From Verrucomicrobiota bacterium (lineage in GTDB: Bacteria; Verrucomicrobiota; Verrucomicrobiia; Limisphaerales; JBBRPK01), in contig JBBRPK010000016.1 in NCBI GenBank assembly GCA_038228235.1, positions 526 to 64,525 of the forward strand: DNA of 64,000 bases, in the 5' to 3' direction. Shown piece after piece: positions 38,275 to 48,380 of this stretch (positions within the stretch are counted from its first letter, which is position 1; each line of letters starts with the position of its first letter). Under the pieces are notes generated by a model that saw only the letters and a list, made by a program, of their open reading frames with translations, was not told where the DNA came from and made no database searches. The translations under genes were made by a program, and so were the position numbers.

Positions 38275-39579
38275 CTACTCGGTCTCGCACTCCTGCAAGA
38301 CCGTCTCCATCCTCTTTGCAAACCGAGCCTCCCGGAAATTCTCCAGAAAGGTCTCGCGGAACGAGTTGCCCTGATCCACTTCAATAAATTTGTTGAGGAT
38401 GCCAGCGATCTGCTCGGGCGAGCGCGGTTCGACGAGCCCCGGATACCCGGCGGGGAATAACTCCGGCACTGCGCGCCAGCGCGTCGCAATAATCGGCAGA
38501 TCATAAGCCATTGCTTCTACCAGACTCACTGGGTGTCCCTCCATCGCATAGTAAGTTGGGAAACAAAAGCAGTCGCTCTCCCGAAAAAGCAGGTCCTTTT
38601 CTGTGCCCGAAATAAACCCCCGAAAGCCTATGACAGGCTCCTCCCTCTCACGGGACCCGGACCCATTCAAGTCCCGCTGAGCGACGCGCTCGTCGAATTC
38701 AAGTCGCTCTGACTCCTGCCAGAATTTGCCAGCCACCGTGAGATGGATGCGCAGAGGTGAGTTAGTGGCAAAAAGCTTCTGGTTTGCCAAAGCCACGGCT
38801 TCCAATGTGTCAAAGAGCCCCTTCTCGCGCGTGCACAAGCTCATGTATAGCACGCGGAAAATCTGCGGCTCCTTTCCCGACGTCTCCAAATCCGGCTTCA
38901 ACGACACTTCCCCCGCCAACAACCTGGCCCGCGTCGCGCGACGGGCCAATCTGCGAGGCAGAATTTCCTTTTCGAAGCCTGGACAAGGGTCGGGGATGGC
39001 GTTAGGGATGACTTCGATGCGTTTGGGCGCCAGTTTGGCAGCATCCGCTCGGTAGAATGGACCCAGCACAATGCTGAGGTCCGCATTGCCAAGCAATCGG
39101 CGCGTCATCCAGCGTTCAAACGGTTTGGCCTCCGTTTCCAGCCAGCCCCCTAAACCGACTGCTTCCCAATGCAGCACCAGCTTCCGAAAAAAAGGACGGC
39201 AGAGCGCCATTACAATCCAATCTCGATAAACCGCTGAGCGGACCCCCGGTGCGGGCACATAATAGAAAGCAGTCGTCCCATGGCGAAACCGGCACCAAAC
39301 CGCTTCCAGGCAATACTTGAAAATCCGAAAAAACTTGCCCCATCGTATGCGCCCGATGTCTTGGATGTCTTCCGAAAGGCGGGAGTCCACATGGTAACAG
39401 GCAATGGGTGAATTTTTCGGAGTGTAAGCACTCGCAAGTTGTTTAGGCTCAATCACTTTAGGCTTTTGTCGCAAGTCCCCGCCCAGAACTTTAATCAGTA
39501 GTTGCACCATGTAGCTTTGGCCATGGTGCGGCGGGGGCTTATGAGCAAAAACCAGAAGTTTCACAATTTGCAGACGCAC
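38275..39579 (-). CDS. glycosyltransferase family 1 (GT4-type, GT-B fold)
   Basis: 434 aa. C-terminal sugar-donor region FCFPTYYAMEGHPVSLVEAMAYDLPIIATRWRAVPE. Confidence 0.8.
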   Translation of the reverse strand: MRLQIVKLLVFAHKPPPHHGQSYMVQLLIKVLGGDLRQKPKVIEPKQLASAYTPKNSPIACYHVDSRLSEDIQDIGRIRWGKFFRIFKYCLEAVWCRFRHGTTAFYYVPAPGVRSAVYRDWIVMALCRPFFRKLVLHWEAVGLGGWLETEAKPFERWMTRRLLGNADLSIVLGPFYRADAAKLAPKRIEVIPNAIPDPCPGFEKEILPRRLARRATRARLLAGEVSLKPDLETSGKEPQIFRVLYMSLCTREKGLFDTLEAVALANQKLFATNSPLRIHLTVAGKFWQESERLEFDERVAQRDLNGSGSREREEPVIGFRGFISGTEKDLLFRESDCFCFPTYYAMEGHPVSLVEAMAYDLPIIATRWRAVPELFPAGYPGLVEPRSPEQIAGILNKFIEVDQGNSFRETFLENFREARFAKRMETVLQECETE

Positions 39580-39790
39580 AACTACGCCATTTTGGGGCAG
39601 AAGGAAACTTCTTTTTTCCGGCGGACAAAGGTCATGTTGTGTTCACGCGCCATACAGGGGGAGGCACCGCCCGACCCTTCCCGGAAAGTGAATATATTTT
39701 ACGAAAAATTTAAGCAAAAAACAATGGTAACGTGACACGAGTTCTGCTATAAAGGCAATGGTCCCTGAAAAATGCTCAAAACGACGTATC

Positions 39791-42700
39791 ATGAAGACTG
39801 AAAAACTTTACCAGCTTGCCATTGGCATTCTCCTCGGATTCTTGCTGGTGGCGCTATCCGCCACCGCCCAGGAGAACCTTTTGATCACTGAATTCATGGC
39901 GAATAACACCCATACTCTTGTCGATGAGGATGGACAGTTCTCAGATTGGATCGAAATCCATAACGCCGACACTAATGCCGTCAATCTGAATGGCTGGTTT
40001 TTGACGGATAGCCCATCGGTGCTGAACAAATGGAGTTTTCCAAACACTAATTTAGCCGCCAACGGTTACCTGGTCGTATTTGCCTCGAACAAAAACCGAC
40101 GCGTTCCCGGCGCTCCGCTGCACACGAATTTCAGGCTTGGCAACAATGGCGAGTACTTGGCTTTGGTCCATCCAGATGGCGTGACCGTCGCTTTCTCTTA
40201 CGCTCCAAAATACCCCGTCCAAGTGGCCGATATTTCCTATGGCATCCCCAGCCATGAAGTCGTGTCGACCCTCATCGCCAGCGGAGCGGTCGCCAGAGTG
40301 TTGGTGCCGTCGGATGGTTCGCTGGGCACAAGCTGGATTGGTCCCGATTTCGACGATTCGGGCTGGATCAGCCTGGGGACGGGCATCGGCTACGAAACCG
40401 ATGTCCAAACCAACTTTGCGACAATTCAGATCGCAGACTCGGTGGCCGAGTTTTCCGGAGTTCAAGGGTCGAACAACTGGTTTTACGGTTATTGGAACAA
40501 ATCGGCTGACAATGACGGCGTGTACTCTGACGCGGAATTTATTCCCTTCGCAAATAGTCTTTGGAGAGGAACCGGCGGAGGTTGGGATTTGGCGGTGGGG
40601 ATTGCGCCCTGGACGCAATTAACGGGCAATGGCGGACGTCCCAATGGCCTTAATAATGGGGAAGAACACTGGGCTATTCGCCGCTATGTCAGCGAAGTCA
40701 CAGGATCCATCCGAATTTCCGGCACCCTGCTCCATCGGGTCGGCACCTGCGGCGACGGAGCGACGGTGCGAATTGTGGTCGATGGCTCCGAGATTTATCG
40801 CCGGGCGGTCTTCCAGACCAGCGCTGGATATTCGCTGATCGCAAAGGTTAATCTTGGCTCCCATGTAGATTTCGTGATCGACCCGGGCCCGGCCAGTGAT
40901 GACAATTGTGATATCATCACGTTTACCGCCACCATCCGAACCGCAGACCCGGCTATCGCCATCGTGGCGGACACGATGGCCGACTGGTCTTATTCCGGCC
41001 ATCAGGGGGAGAAGAATTGGTTTTACGGGAATTATAACCTCACCTGGGACGCGATTCCTAATTACCAGACGACTAACTTCGCGGCTTTCCCCAGTGACAG
41101 TGGACCGCCGAGCGCCTCGAACTTTTGGGATGGAGAGAAGTGGGTATGGTATAATGGCAACCCCCCTCGTGACGTCATCGGTCAACTCTATTGTTTTCCT
41201 AATGGAAACAATGTGAACGTCGGGCAAATACATTGGGTGATTCGTCGCTGGGTCAGCCAGGTGAGCGGCACCCTCACAGTGGACTGGCATCTGGCCAAAC
41301 AGGATACCTCGGCGCAAGGGGGAAGCGGGGTAACGGGCCGTATTTTTCAGAATGGCGCGCAAAAGGACTTCGCGACGGTGGGGAACGGCGACTCTAATGG
41401 CGTGTCCCGCACGGTTAGCATCCAAAATGTTCAAAGGGGTGACATGATTGATTTTGCTCTCGACCCCACGGGCGTCGGGGGCGCGACGGACGATTTTTCC
41501 GATGGAGCCTTCCTGAACGCCACCATTTATGGATTCGCGAACTTGTCCAATCAAATCACGTCCAACATCCAGGCCTTGATGCAAAGTAATAATGCCAGCG
41601 CCTATATTCGCATTCCTTTCACCGTCACCGATCCGGCCGCCTTCAATTTTTTAACGCTACGGATGAAATATGATGACGGATTCATCGCTTTAATTAACGG
41701 CGGAGTGGTGACCACTCGCAATGCCCCGCTCACGCCCGATTGGAATAGCAGCGCCACGGCCACCCGGTCCGACGCCGATGCCGCGCAGTATGAAGACATC
41801 GACATCTCGGAATGGCTGGGACTGCTCCACCCCGGCACCAACGTCCTGGCGATCCAGGGATTGAACGTGAGTCCAAATGATTCGGACTTTCTTATCCTTC
41901 CAGAGTTGCGCGCCACCGCGCTGATTCAGGACACCTCGGTTCGAAGCTATTTTGCAACGCCGACCCCCGGGGCGGCAAACGGGCCTGGAAACACTAACCT
42001 TGGCCCGCTGATCGTCGAGGTCACCCATATTCCCGCTGTTCCGTTCGTGAATCAAAATCTAGTGGTCACGGCCATGGTCGCGCCCTCCTTTCGTCCGGTG
42101 CAATCGGTCACATTGATTTATCGAATCCTTTTCGGTCCCGAAGTGAGCCTGCCGATGTTGGACGATGGCCTTCACGGAGATGGGCTGGCCAATGATGGAG
42201 TTTATGGAGCCAGCATTTCAGCAACCAATTTCACTCCCGGCCAGATGATTCGCTACTACATCGTGGCCAGAGATACGAATAGCAATCTCTCGCGCCTGCC
42301 CTTGTTCCAAAATCCCATCACCACCCCGCAATATCTGGGCACCATCGTCTATTTGGAGCAGACAAATAATTTGCCCATTTTTCATTGGTTCGTCCAGAAT
42401 CCTTCCCAGGCCGATCAGGTCACTGGCGCGCGGTGTTCGATTTTTTATGAGGGCATTTTTCACGACAATATTTCCGCGGCGTTGCATGGCCAGTCCAGCT
42501 CGGGGTTCCCGCAAAAGAGCTATGGCTTTGACACCAATCCAGGTTTTCAGTTCAAATACGCTCCGGATCAGCATCCCGTCAGCGGCTGGGACTTGCTTAC
42601 TATTTACGCCGATAAATCGCACCTGCGTAACATGCTTGCCTACGGCACATTCCGCGACGCCAACTCCCCCTACCATATTGTCTTCCCCATCCGCGTTCAA

Positions 42701-45700
42701 CAGAATGGCGCTTTCTTTAGTGATGCCAATTTTTGCGAGCGGGGGGACAATACATTCCTTTCGCGTCTGGGATTGGACCCGCAAGGGGCCCTCTACAAAA
42801 TGTACAATACCTTCAGCAGCCTGGCCGATACCATCATCGGCTCCAGCCAACTCGGGGCATATGCCGAAAAGAAAACGCGCAAAAACGAAGGAAATGCTGA
42901 TCTGGTTGCGCTTTTGAAAGGGGTGCAACTCACGGGCACGGACCAGGCGAAATACCTTTATGATAACGTCGATGTCCCTGAAGTGATCAATTTTTTGGCG
43001 GGGATGATTATTATCGCCGACGTGGACTGCTGCCACAAGAATTATTACTTCTATCGCGACACCGACCACACTGGCGAATGGCAAATGTTTCCGTGGGACC
43101 TCGATTTAAGTTTTGGACGAGTCTGGAGTAACGGCCCGACCTACTGGGATGAGGTGCTCCATCCGGATACCGGCCTCTACGTGGGAAATAACAACTCATT
43201 GCCTGTGGCGCTGTTTGGCAGGCCCGAGATCAAGCAGATGTATCTTCGGCGCATAAGGACGTTGATGGAGGAGTTAATGCAGGCCCCCGGCGTCCCCAGC
43301 GCGCAATTGAGGTATGAAGCGCAAATGGACCAACTGGCGGCCCAGATCGCGCCGGACGCCGCCCTCTACTCGCAGAAGTGGCCGTCCTGGGGCCAAGGCT
43401 CGGCCACGTCAACCTGTTGCACTCAAACGCTGGCCCAGGCGGTGAGTATTCTTAAAACGAATTACCTGCCGGCGCGGCGTCTTTTCTTATTCACGAACCA
43501 GGTAGCCAGCGCTGGCATTCCTCAGTCGCAGCCTACCAACACCGTGATCAACTTTGGAGCCATCGAATTTAATCCTGCTTCCGCAAATCAGGCTCAAGAA
43601 TATCTTCAGCTCCTCAATACCAATTCCTACAGCGTGGATATCTCCGGCTGGAGGATCACCGGCGGTGGCATCGATTATACTTTCAAAGGCGGGGTTGTCG
43701 TCCCGACCAACGGGGTGCTTTATCTCACCCCCGACCCAGTGGCATTTCGAGCGCGGCCCGTGGCCCCGAAAGGGGGGGGCGGCCTGTTTCTGCAAGGGAG
43801 CTACAAGGGGCAACTGTCTGCTCGAGGAGGCACTTTGCAATTGATCGACAAGGGCGGACGAGTCGTCCTTGGCACCAATTATCTGGGCAACCCAAGCTTG
43901 CCTCAGCTTTATCTGCGCATTACTGAGATCATGTACCATCCGCCGCCTCCTCCCCCTGGGACATTGTATCTCACGGAGGATTTTGAGTACATTGAGTTGA
44001 AGAACATTGGCCCCGTCTCGCTGGATTTAACAGGCGTCCATTTCACCAATGGAATAGATTTCAATTTCACGGGCAGCAGCCTGGTTAACCTTGCCGCCGG
44101 ACAAACAGTCCTGATCGTGAGGAATCTCGCGGCTTTCACCTCTCGTTACGGCAGCGGTCTGAGCATCGCCGGCCAGTACGGCGGCCACTTAAGTGATAGC
44201 GGCGAAAAGCTGGAGCTGGATGATGCGGTGGGTGAAATCATCCTCGCTTTCTCCTACTCTAACACCTGGTATCCCATTACAGATGGGGCCGGCGCGTCCC
44301 TCGTCATCGTGGATGAAAATGCTCCATGGCACACTTGGGGTCATATGTCCAGTTGGCGTCCAAGCGCCTACGACGGAGGTTCGCCAGGGGTGACCGATCC
44401 GCCGCCCATCTTCGTCGAACCCATCCTCATCAATGAATTGTTGAGTCATAGCGCCGCCCCGCTCGTCGATACAGTCGAACTCTATAATCCCAATCCTGAT
44501 GATGTGAACATTGGTGGCTGGTTTCTCACGGACGATTTGACCAGCGCTAAAAAATTCCGTGTCCCGGATGGGTTCATGATCCCCGCGGGGGGTTACGCCG
44601 TCTTTGATGAAACTCAGTTCAATCCCTTTCCTGGCGTGCCGCCGAGCTTCTCCTTTAGCGCGAAAGGCTCCCAGGTTTACTTGTTCTCAGGTGATGCCCG
44701 TACGAACCTGACTGGTTATTTCCATGGTTTCCAATTCGGCGCCGCCGAGAGTGACGTCTCTTTTGGCCGTTACGTCACGAGCCTCGGAGTGGAACATTTC
44801 ATTGCCCAGAGCCAGCGCACTTTCGGCGCCGTGAATGCCGGACCCAAGGTCGGCCCTGTGGTGGTCACCGAAATCATGTATCACCCGCCGGATCTGCCCG
44901 GCAACAATGACAATCAAGTCGATGAATACATTGAACTCTATAATGTGACCGCCAATGCGGTCCCGCTCTTTGACCCCGCGTTTCCGGGTAATACATGGCA
45001 TCTGCGTGGGGACGTGAATTTTGACTTTCCGCTCAACACCTCCATTCCAGCCAGTAACTACTCGATCGTGGTCAGCTTTAATCCGACTGATCAGACGTTG
45101 CTCAACAATTTTCAGAACAAATATGGAATTCCTATCAATGTGCCGGTCTTGGGACCCTATAGCGGCAGCCTGAGCAACACAGGCGGCAGCATTGAGTTGT
45201 CTAAACCTGACCCGCCCTCCGGAGGCCAGGCACCGTACATTTTGGTGGATAATTTTGATTATGCAAACTCTGCCGCCTGGGCGATTGCCGATGGCCTCGG
45301 AGGTTCTTTGCACCGGTTGCATGCTTCTGAATATGGGAATGATCCGATCAATTGGACTGCAGCGGCCCCCAACCCGGGCGCGCCCTACGTGGCCGGTGGC
45401 ACCCTGCCGACCATCACCAGCCAGCCGGGTAATTTTGCTGTGCCCACAGGCTTCGATCGATTGTTGTCGGTCAGCGCCACCGGCACCCCGCCTTTGCGGT
45501 ATCAATGGCGTTTTAACGGCCAAAACCTTTTTGGCGCCAACAGCTCCACTTTGCTGCTATCCAATTTCCAGTCCAGCCAGGCCGGAGTTTATAATATCTT
45601 CGTTTTCAACAGCGCGGGCTCTGCCCTCGGAACCAATTTTACGCTCACAGCCCGGACCGGGTTGAAGATCACCTCCCAACCGCTGAACCACATCGCCACC

Positions 45701-46612
45701 GTTGGAGCCACCACCAATTTCACGGTGTCCGCCGTCGGCACCGGCACGTTGCGCTACCAATGGCGCTTCAATGGCGTCAACATTCCCAATGCGACTAACG
45801 CCTCGGCTTCCAACCCGGGAGTTAGCGTCCTTCTCCTCACAAATATCTCCGTCGCGAGCCAGGGAACCTACGATTGCCTCGTCAGCGCTGATTATGATCC
45901 GACAGTAATCAGTCAACCTGCCACTCTGACCATCGTTTACAAGCCCTTCTACACCCTGATGCCTTCGAGCACAGCGGTTGGTGTCGTCGGCCAAAGCGTC
46001 AGCTCCTCCCTGTCAGTTACCGGCACGCCGCCCATGACCTATCTTTGGCGCAAATTGGGTGCCGGCATTTTAAACCCAGGGGCCTTCAGCGGTTACATCG
46101 TCTCGACCCCGACATATTCTTCTCTGATTTTGACCAACCTCACTACCAACAATGCGGGCACCTATTTTGCCTTAGTGACCAACAGCGTCGGCCTTGCGTT
46201 GGGTGGGGGACCTAACGGCCTAAGCTACAGCAATGTTCTGACAGTACTCGCCGACACCGATCTCGATGGCCTGCCAGACGTGTTTCAAGCTGCACACCCA
46301 GGCGTTGTGGGCGCCGGAGACGAAGACCATGACGGCATGAGCAACGCCGCGGAGTATTTTGCCGGCACCGATCCTTTTGACCCCGCCAGCAACTTAAAAC
46401 TCAACACGGTCGGAATCGCAGGGGGAACACTCCAATTTAGCGCCGTGTCCAACCGGACCTATACCGTGCAATATACCGATCGTCTCGGCTCTGGGCCCTG
46501 GAAGAAGTTGGCCGATGTTTTGGCCAGGAATAGCACGCGCATCGAAGCGGTGACGGATCCCAGCCCAGTCACGAATCGGCTTTATCGAATTGTGACGCCC
46601 ATACAGCCCTGA
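39791..46612 (+). CDS. giant secreted multidomain protein: lamin-tail domains (LTD) + CotH kinase-like domain + Ig-like repeats + Ca-binding TSP3-like motifs + C-terminal beta-sandwich
   Basis: ATG at 39791 gives the signal peptide MKTEKLYQLAIGILLGFLLVALSATAQE. LTD patterns recur (LLITEFMANN...SDWIEIHN...LNGWFLTD; LRITEIMYHPP...YIELKN; ILINELLSH...VELYNP...IGGWFLTDD; VVVTEIMYHPP...YIELYN). CotH stretch DVDCCHKNYYFYRDTDHTGEWQMFPWDLDLSFG. Three to four Ig repeats with (L/T)RYQWRFNG. DTDLDGLPD...DEDHDGMSNAAEYFAGTDPFDP. Confidence 0.85.
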   Translation: MKTEKLYQLAIGILLGFLLVALSATAQENLLITEFMANNTHTLVDEDGQFSDWIEIHNADTNAVNLNGWFLTDSPSVLNKWSFPNTNLAANGYLVVFASNKNRRVPGAPLHTNFRLGNNGEYLALVHPDGVTVAFSYAPKYPVQVADISYGIPSHEVVSTLIASGAVARVLVPSDGSLGTSWIGPDFDDSGWISLGTGIGYETDVQTNFATIQIADSVAEFSGVQGSNNWFYGYWNKSADNDGVYSDAEFIPFANSLWRGTGGGWDLAVGIAPWTQLTGNGGRPNGLNNGEEHWAIRRYVSEVTGSIRISGTLLHRVGTCGDGATVRIVVDGSEIYRRAVFQTSAGYSLIAKVNLGSHVDFVIDPGPASDDNCDIITFTATIRTADPAIAIVADTMADWSYSGHQGEKNWFYGNYNLTWDAIPNYQTTNFAAFPSDSGPPSASNFWDGEKWVWYNGNPPRDVIGQLYCFPNGNNVNVGQIHWVIRRWVSQVSGTLTVDWHLAKQDTSAQGGSGVTGRIFQNGAQKDFATVGNGDSNGVSRTVSIQNVQRGDMIDFALDPTGVGGATDDFSDGAFLNATIYGFANLSNQITSNIQALMQSNNASAYIRIPFTVTDPAAFNFLTLRMKYDDGFIALINGGVVTTRNAPLTPDWNSSATATRSDADAAQYEDIDISEWLGLLHPGTNVLAIQGLNVSPNDSDFLILPELRATALIQDTSVRSYFATPTPGAANGPGNTNLGPLIVEVTHIPAVPFVNQNLVVTAMVAPSFRPVQSVTLIYRILFGPEVSLPMLDDGLHGDGLANDGVYGASISATNFTPGQMIRYYIVARDTNSNLSRLPLFQNPITTPQYLGTIVYLEQTNNLPIFHWFVQNPSQADQVTGARCSIFYEGIFHDNISAALHGQSSSGFPQKSYGFDTNPGFQFKYAPDQHPVSGWDLLTIYADKSHLRNMLAYGTFRDANSPYHIVFPIRVQQNGAFFSDANFCERGDNTFLSRLGLDPQGALYKMYNTFSSLADTIIGSSQLGAYAEKKTRKNEGNADLVALLKGVQLTGTDQAKYLYDNVDVPEVINFLAGMIIIADVDCCHKNYYFYRDTDHTGEWQMFPWDLDLSFGRVWSNGPTYWDEVLHPDTGLYVGNNNSLPVALFGRPEIKQMYLRRIRTLMEELMQAPGVPSAQLRYEAQMDQLAAQIAPDAALYSQKWPSWGQGSATSTCCTQTLAQAVSILKTNYLPARRLFLFTNQVASAGIPQSQPTNTVINFGAIEFNPASANQAQEYLQLLNTNSYSVDISGWRITGGGIDYTFKGGVVVPTNGVLYLTPDPVAFRARPVAPKGGGGLFLQGSYKGQLSARGGTLQLIDKGGRVVLGTNYLGNPSLPQLYLRITEIMYHPPPPPPGTLYLTEDFEYIELKNIGPVSLDLTGVHFTNGIDFNFTGSSLVNLAAGQTVLIVRNLAAFTSRYGSGLSIAGQYGGHLSDSGEKLELDDAVGEIILAFSYSNTWYPITDGAGASLVIVDENAPWHTWGHMSSWRPSAYDGGSPGVTDPPPIFVEPILINELLSHSAAPLVDTVELYNPNPDDVNIGGWFLTDDLTSAKKFRVPDGFMIPAGGYAVFDETQFNPFPGVPPSFSFSAKGSQVYLFSGDARTNLTGYFHGFQFGAAESDVSFGRYVTSLGVEHFIAQSQRTFGAVNAGPKVGPVVVTEIMYHPPDLPGNNDNQVDEYIELYNVTANAVPLFDPAFPGNTWHLRGDVNFDFPLNTSIPASNYSIVVSFNPTDQTLLNNFQNKYGIPINVPVLGPYSGSLSNTGGSIELSKPDPPSGGQAPYILVDNFDYANSAAWAIADGLGGSLHRLHASEYGNDPINWTAAAPNPGAPYVAGGTLPTITSQPGNFAVPTGFDRLLSVSATGTPPLRYQWRFNGQNLFGANSSTLLLSNFQSSQAGVYNIFVFNSAGSALGTNFTLTARTGLKITSQPLNHIATVGATTNFTVSAVGTGTLRYQWRFNGVNIPNATNASASNPGVSVLLLTNISVASQGTYDCLVSADYDPTVISQPATLTIVYKPFYTLMPSSTAVGVVGQSVSSSLSVTGTPPMTYLWRKLGAGILNPGAFSGYIVSTPTYSSLILTNLTTNNAGTYFALVTNSVGLALGGGPNGLSYSNVLTVLADTDLDGLPDVFQAAHPGVVGAGDEDHDGMSNAAEYFAGTDPFDPASNLKLNTVGIAGGTLQFSAVSNRTYTVQYTDRLGSGPWKKLADVLARNSTRIEAVTDPSPVTNRLYRIVTPIQP

Positions 46613-46913
46613 TGTAGAACTCGTCCCTTCAACATCATTGCAGGAGCCGACGCAGGCAGGCTTTTCCGTTTTGCCTTCAGTCATGGCCTTCTCGGCAGCT
46701 TCAGCAGGATAAACTGATGCGGATGAATGCCGAAGCCGGCACAGGCCCAGCGGACTGGCATTAAAGTGGCGAGCTGGGCACGGGCCGTTGCACATCATTT
46801 GGAGTGCCGCCGCGGCTCAGCAGTGTAACACAATCGTAACACTTTCGACCTTTGGTCGTAACATATGCCATTTAGTCTGCCACCCGGAAACCAGCAAACA
46901 TAAACTGAAACTT

Positions 46914-48380
46914 ATGAAGCAAAAATGCACAATTTGGGCAACGCTGGCGGCGAGCATCTTCGTCGGCGGGGCTCTGGCCACCAGCACGCAGGGGCAGACT
47001 TCAGATGCATTGATGAACACACTGCTGAAGAAGGGAATCATTACCGAAAAGGAAGCGCAGGACATCAAGGCTGAAGCGAGCAAGGAAAACCAGAAACAAT
47101 TTAACCAGGCCTTCTCTGCCAAGACCGGCATGCCCGCGTGGGTTAACAGCTATAAGCTTTACGGCGATTTTCGAGGGCGCTTCGAAGAAGATTATTCAGA
47201 CAACTTGATTTATCACGAAAGGGACCGCTACCGCTTTCGCCTTCGCCTGGGGCTGAATGTTTCGATGGTGGACAATTTCGATGTCGGTTTCCGGCTGGCG
47301 ACGGGCAACCCACAGTTTAATAACGGCGGTTTCCTGGTCGGAGGCCAATCCATCACTGCCAATCAGGACTTGAACTCGCTGGAATCGCGCAAATTTGTTT
47401 GGATTGATGCGGCTTACGGGAAATGGACTCCCATCAAAAACGGCAATTGGACCGTTTCGGCCACCATTGGGAAGATGGATAATCCGTTTCAACTTTCCAA
47501 TATGGTTTGGGATTCCGACATCAATCCCGAAGGGGCTGCGCTGCAGATCGCTTACAACCTCAACGATCATCATGCCATTAAGCTTAACAGCGGCATTTTC
47601 GTCCTTGACGAATTTAACCAGGGAAATCCCTCGGGTAGCACCGTGCCGGCGGCCTTTCCTGTGAAGGCGAGTCATGACCCCTACCTCTATGGGAACCAAC
47701 TCTTGTTCGAATCCAAGTGGAATAAGAACCTTGAAACGTCCGTGGGCCTGGCGCAATTCAACATAGTCCACAAAGAATCTCTGAGCGGATTGGTGCAGCC
47801 CCTTTACAATGCGGGCAATAGCCGCGATCTCAACGGCTATCTGATCCACCATTATAACCCTTTCATCGCTAGTGCCTGGGCGACTTATAAGATTGATACT
47901 GGCCCCTCAGTCCAATTCCCGATCAAAGCAGGGGGTGAATATATGCATAACCCCTCCGCCCCCTCGGATCGAAACACCGGCTATCGAGTTGGGGTCACCC
48001 TGGGCAAGGCAGGACGCAAGAATACGTGGGAAGTGAATTACCGGTATCAACGCTTGGAGGCTGATGCCTGGTATGATGCGCTGGTGGACGATGATAACCG
48101 CATTTTCTTTGCCCCGGGGGCTTACAGCGCCGCAAATTACAACCCGCTGCGCTTTAGAGGGCTTGGTTCAGGCACCTTGGGGAGCCGGAAAGACTATGGA
48201 ACCTTCGGCGGCACCAATGTTAAGGGTCACCAAATTGTAGCTACCTATTCTTTCACTGACTTCCTGAACTTTACTTTCATTTATTACATAAATGATGCGA
48301 TCTTTAGTTCCAACGGGGCTGGCTTTGACGATCGCTCCCATGCCGGCCACTTCATGGCCGACTTGAACTGGAAGTTTTAA
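46914..48380 (+). CDS. outer-membrane beta-barrel, porin-like protein
   Basis: ATG at 46914 gives the signal peptide MKQKCTIWATLAASIFVGGALATSTQG. Charged N-terminal helix, then alternating amphipathic aromatic-rich strands. The C-terminal ...DLNWKF ends in Phe, typical of OM barrels. Confidence 0.6.
   Translation: MKQKCTIWATLAASIFVGGALATSTQGQTSDALMNTLLKKGIITEKEAQDIKAEASKENQKQFNQAFSAKTGMPAWVNSYKLYGDFRGRFEEDYSDNLIYHERDRYRFRLRLGLNVSMVDNFDVGFRLATGNPQFNNGGFLVGGQSITANQDLNSLESRKFVWIDAAYGKWTPIKNGNWTVSATIGKMDNPFQLSNMVWDSDINPEGAALQIAYNLNDHHAIKLNSGIFVLDEFNQGNPSGSTVPAAFPVKASHDPYLYGNQLLFESKWNKNLETSVGLAQFNIVHKESLSGLVQPLYNAGNSRDLNGYLIHHYNPFIASAWATYKIDTGPSVQFPIKAGGEYMHNPSAPSDRNTGYRVGVTLGKAGRKNTWEVNYRYQRLEADAWYDALVDDDNRIFFAPGAYSAANYNPLRFRGLGSGTLGSRKDYGTFGGTNVKGHQIVATYSFTDFLNFTFIYYINDAIFSSNGAGFDDRSHAGHFMADLNWKF

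Noticed and set aside
40619-41584. Long antisense ORFs inside large genes (e.g. 40619..41584 -, 11460..12347 -, 235..1005 +, 22179..22949 +, 24306..24998 -, 42218..43084 -, 44687..45523 -)
   Set aside because: They lie entirely opposite strongly supported genes. Their composition is low-complexity and rich in Arg/Gly/Pro, typical of shadow frames in GC-rich DNA, and they carry no recognisable motifs.
46394-46798. 134-aa minus-strand ORF in the gap after the giant gene
   Set aside because: More than half of it overlaps the 3-prime end of the CotH gene on the opposite strand. There is no signal or domain pattern, and the remaining part is short.
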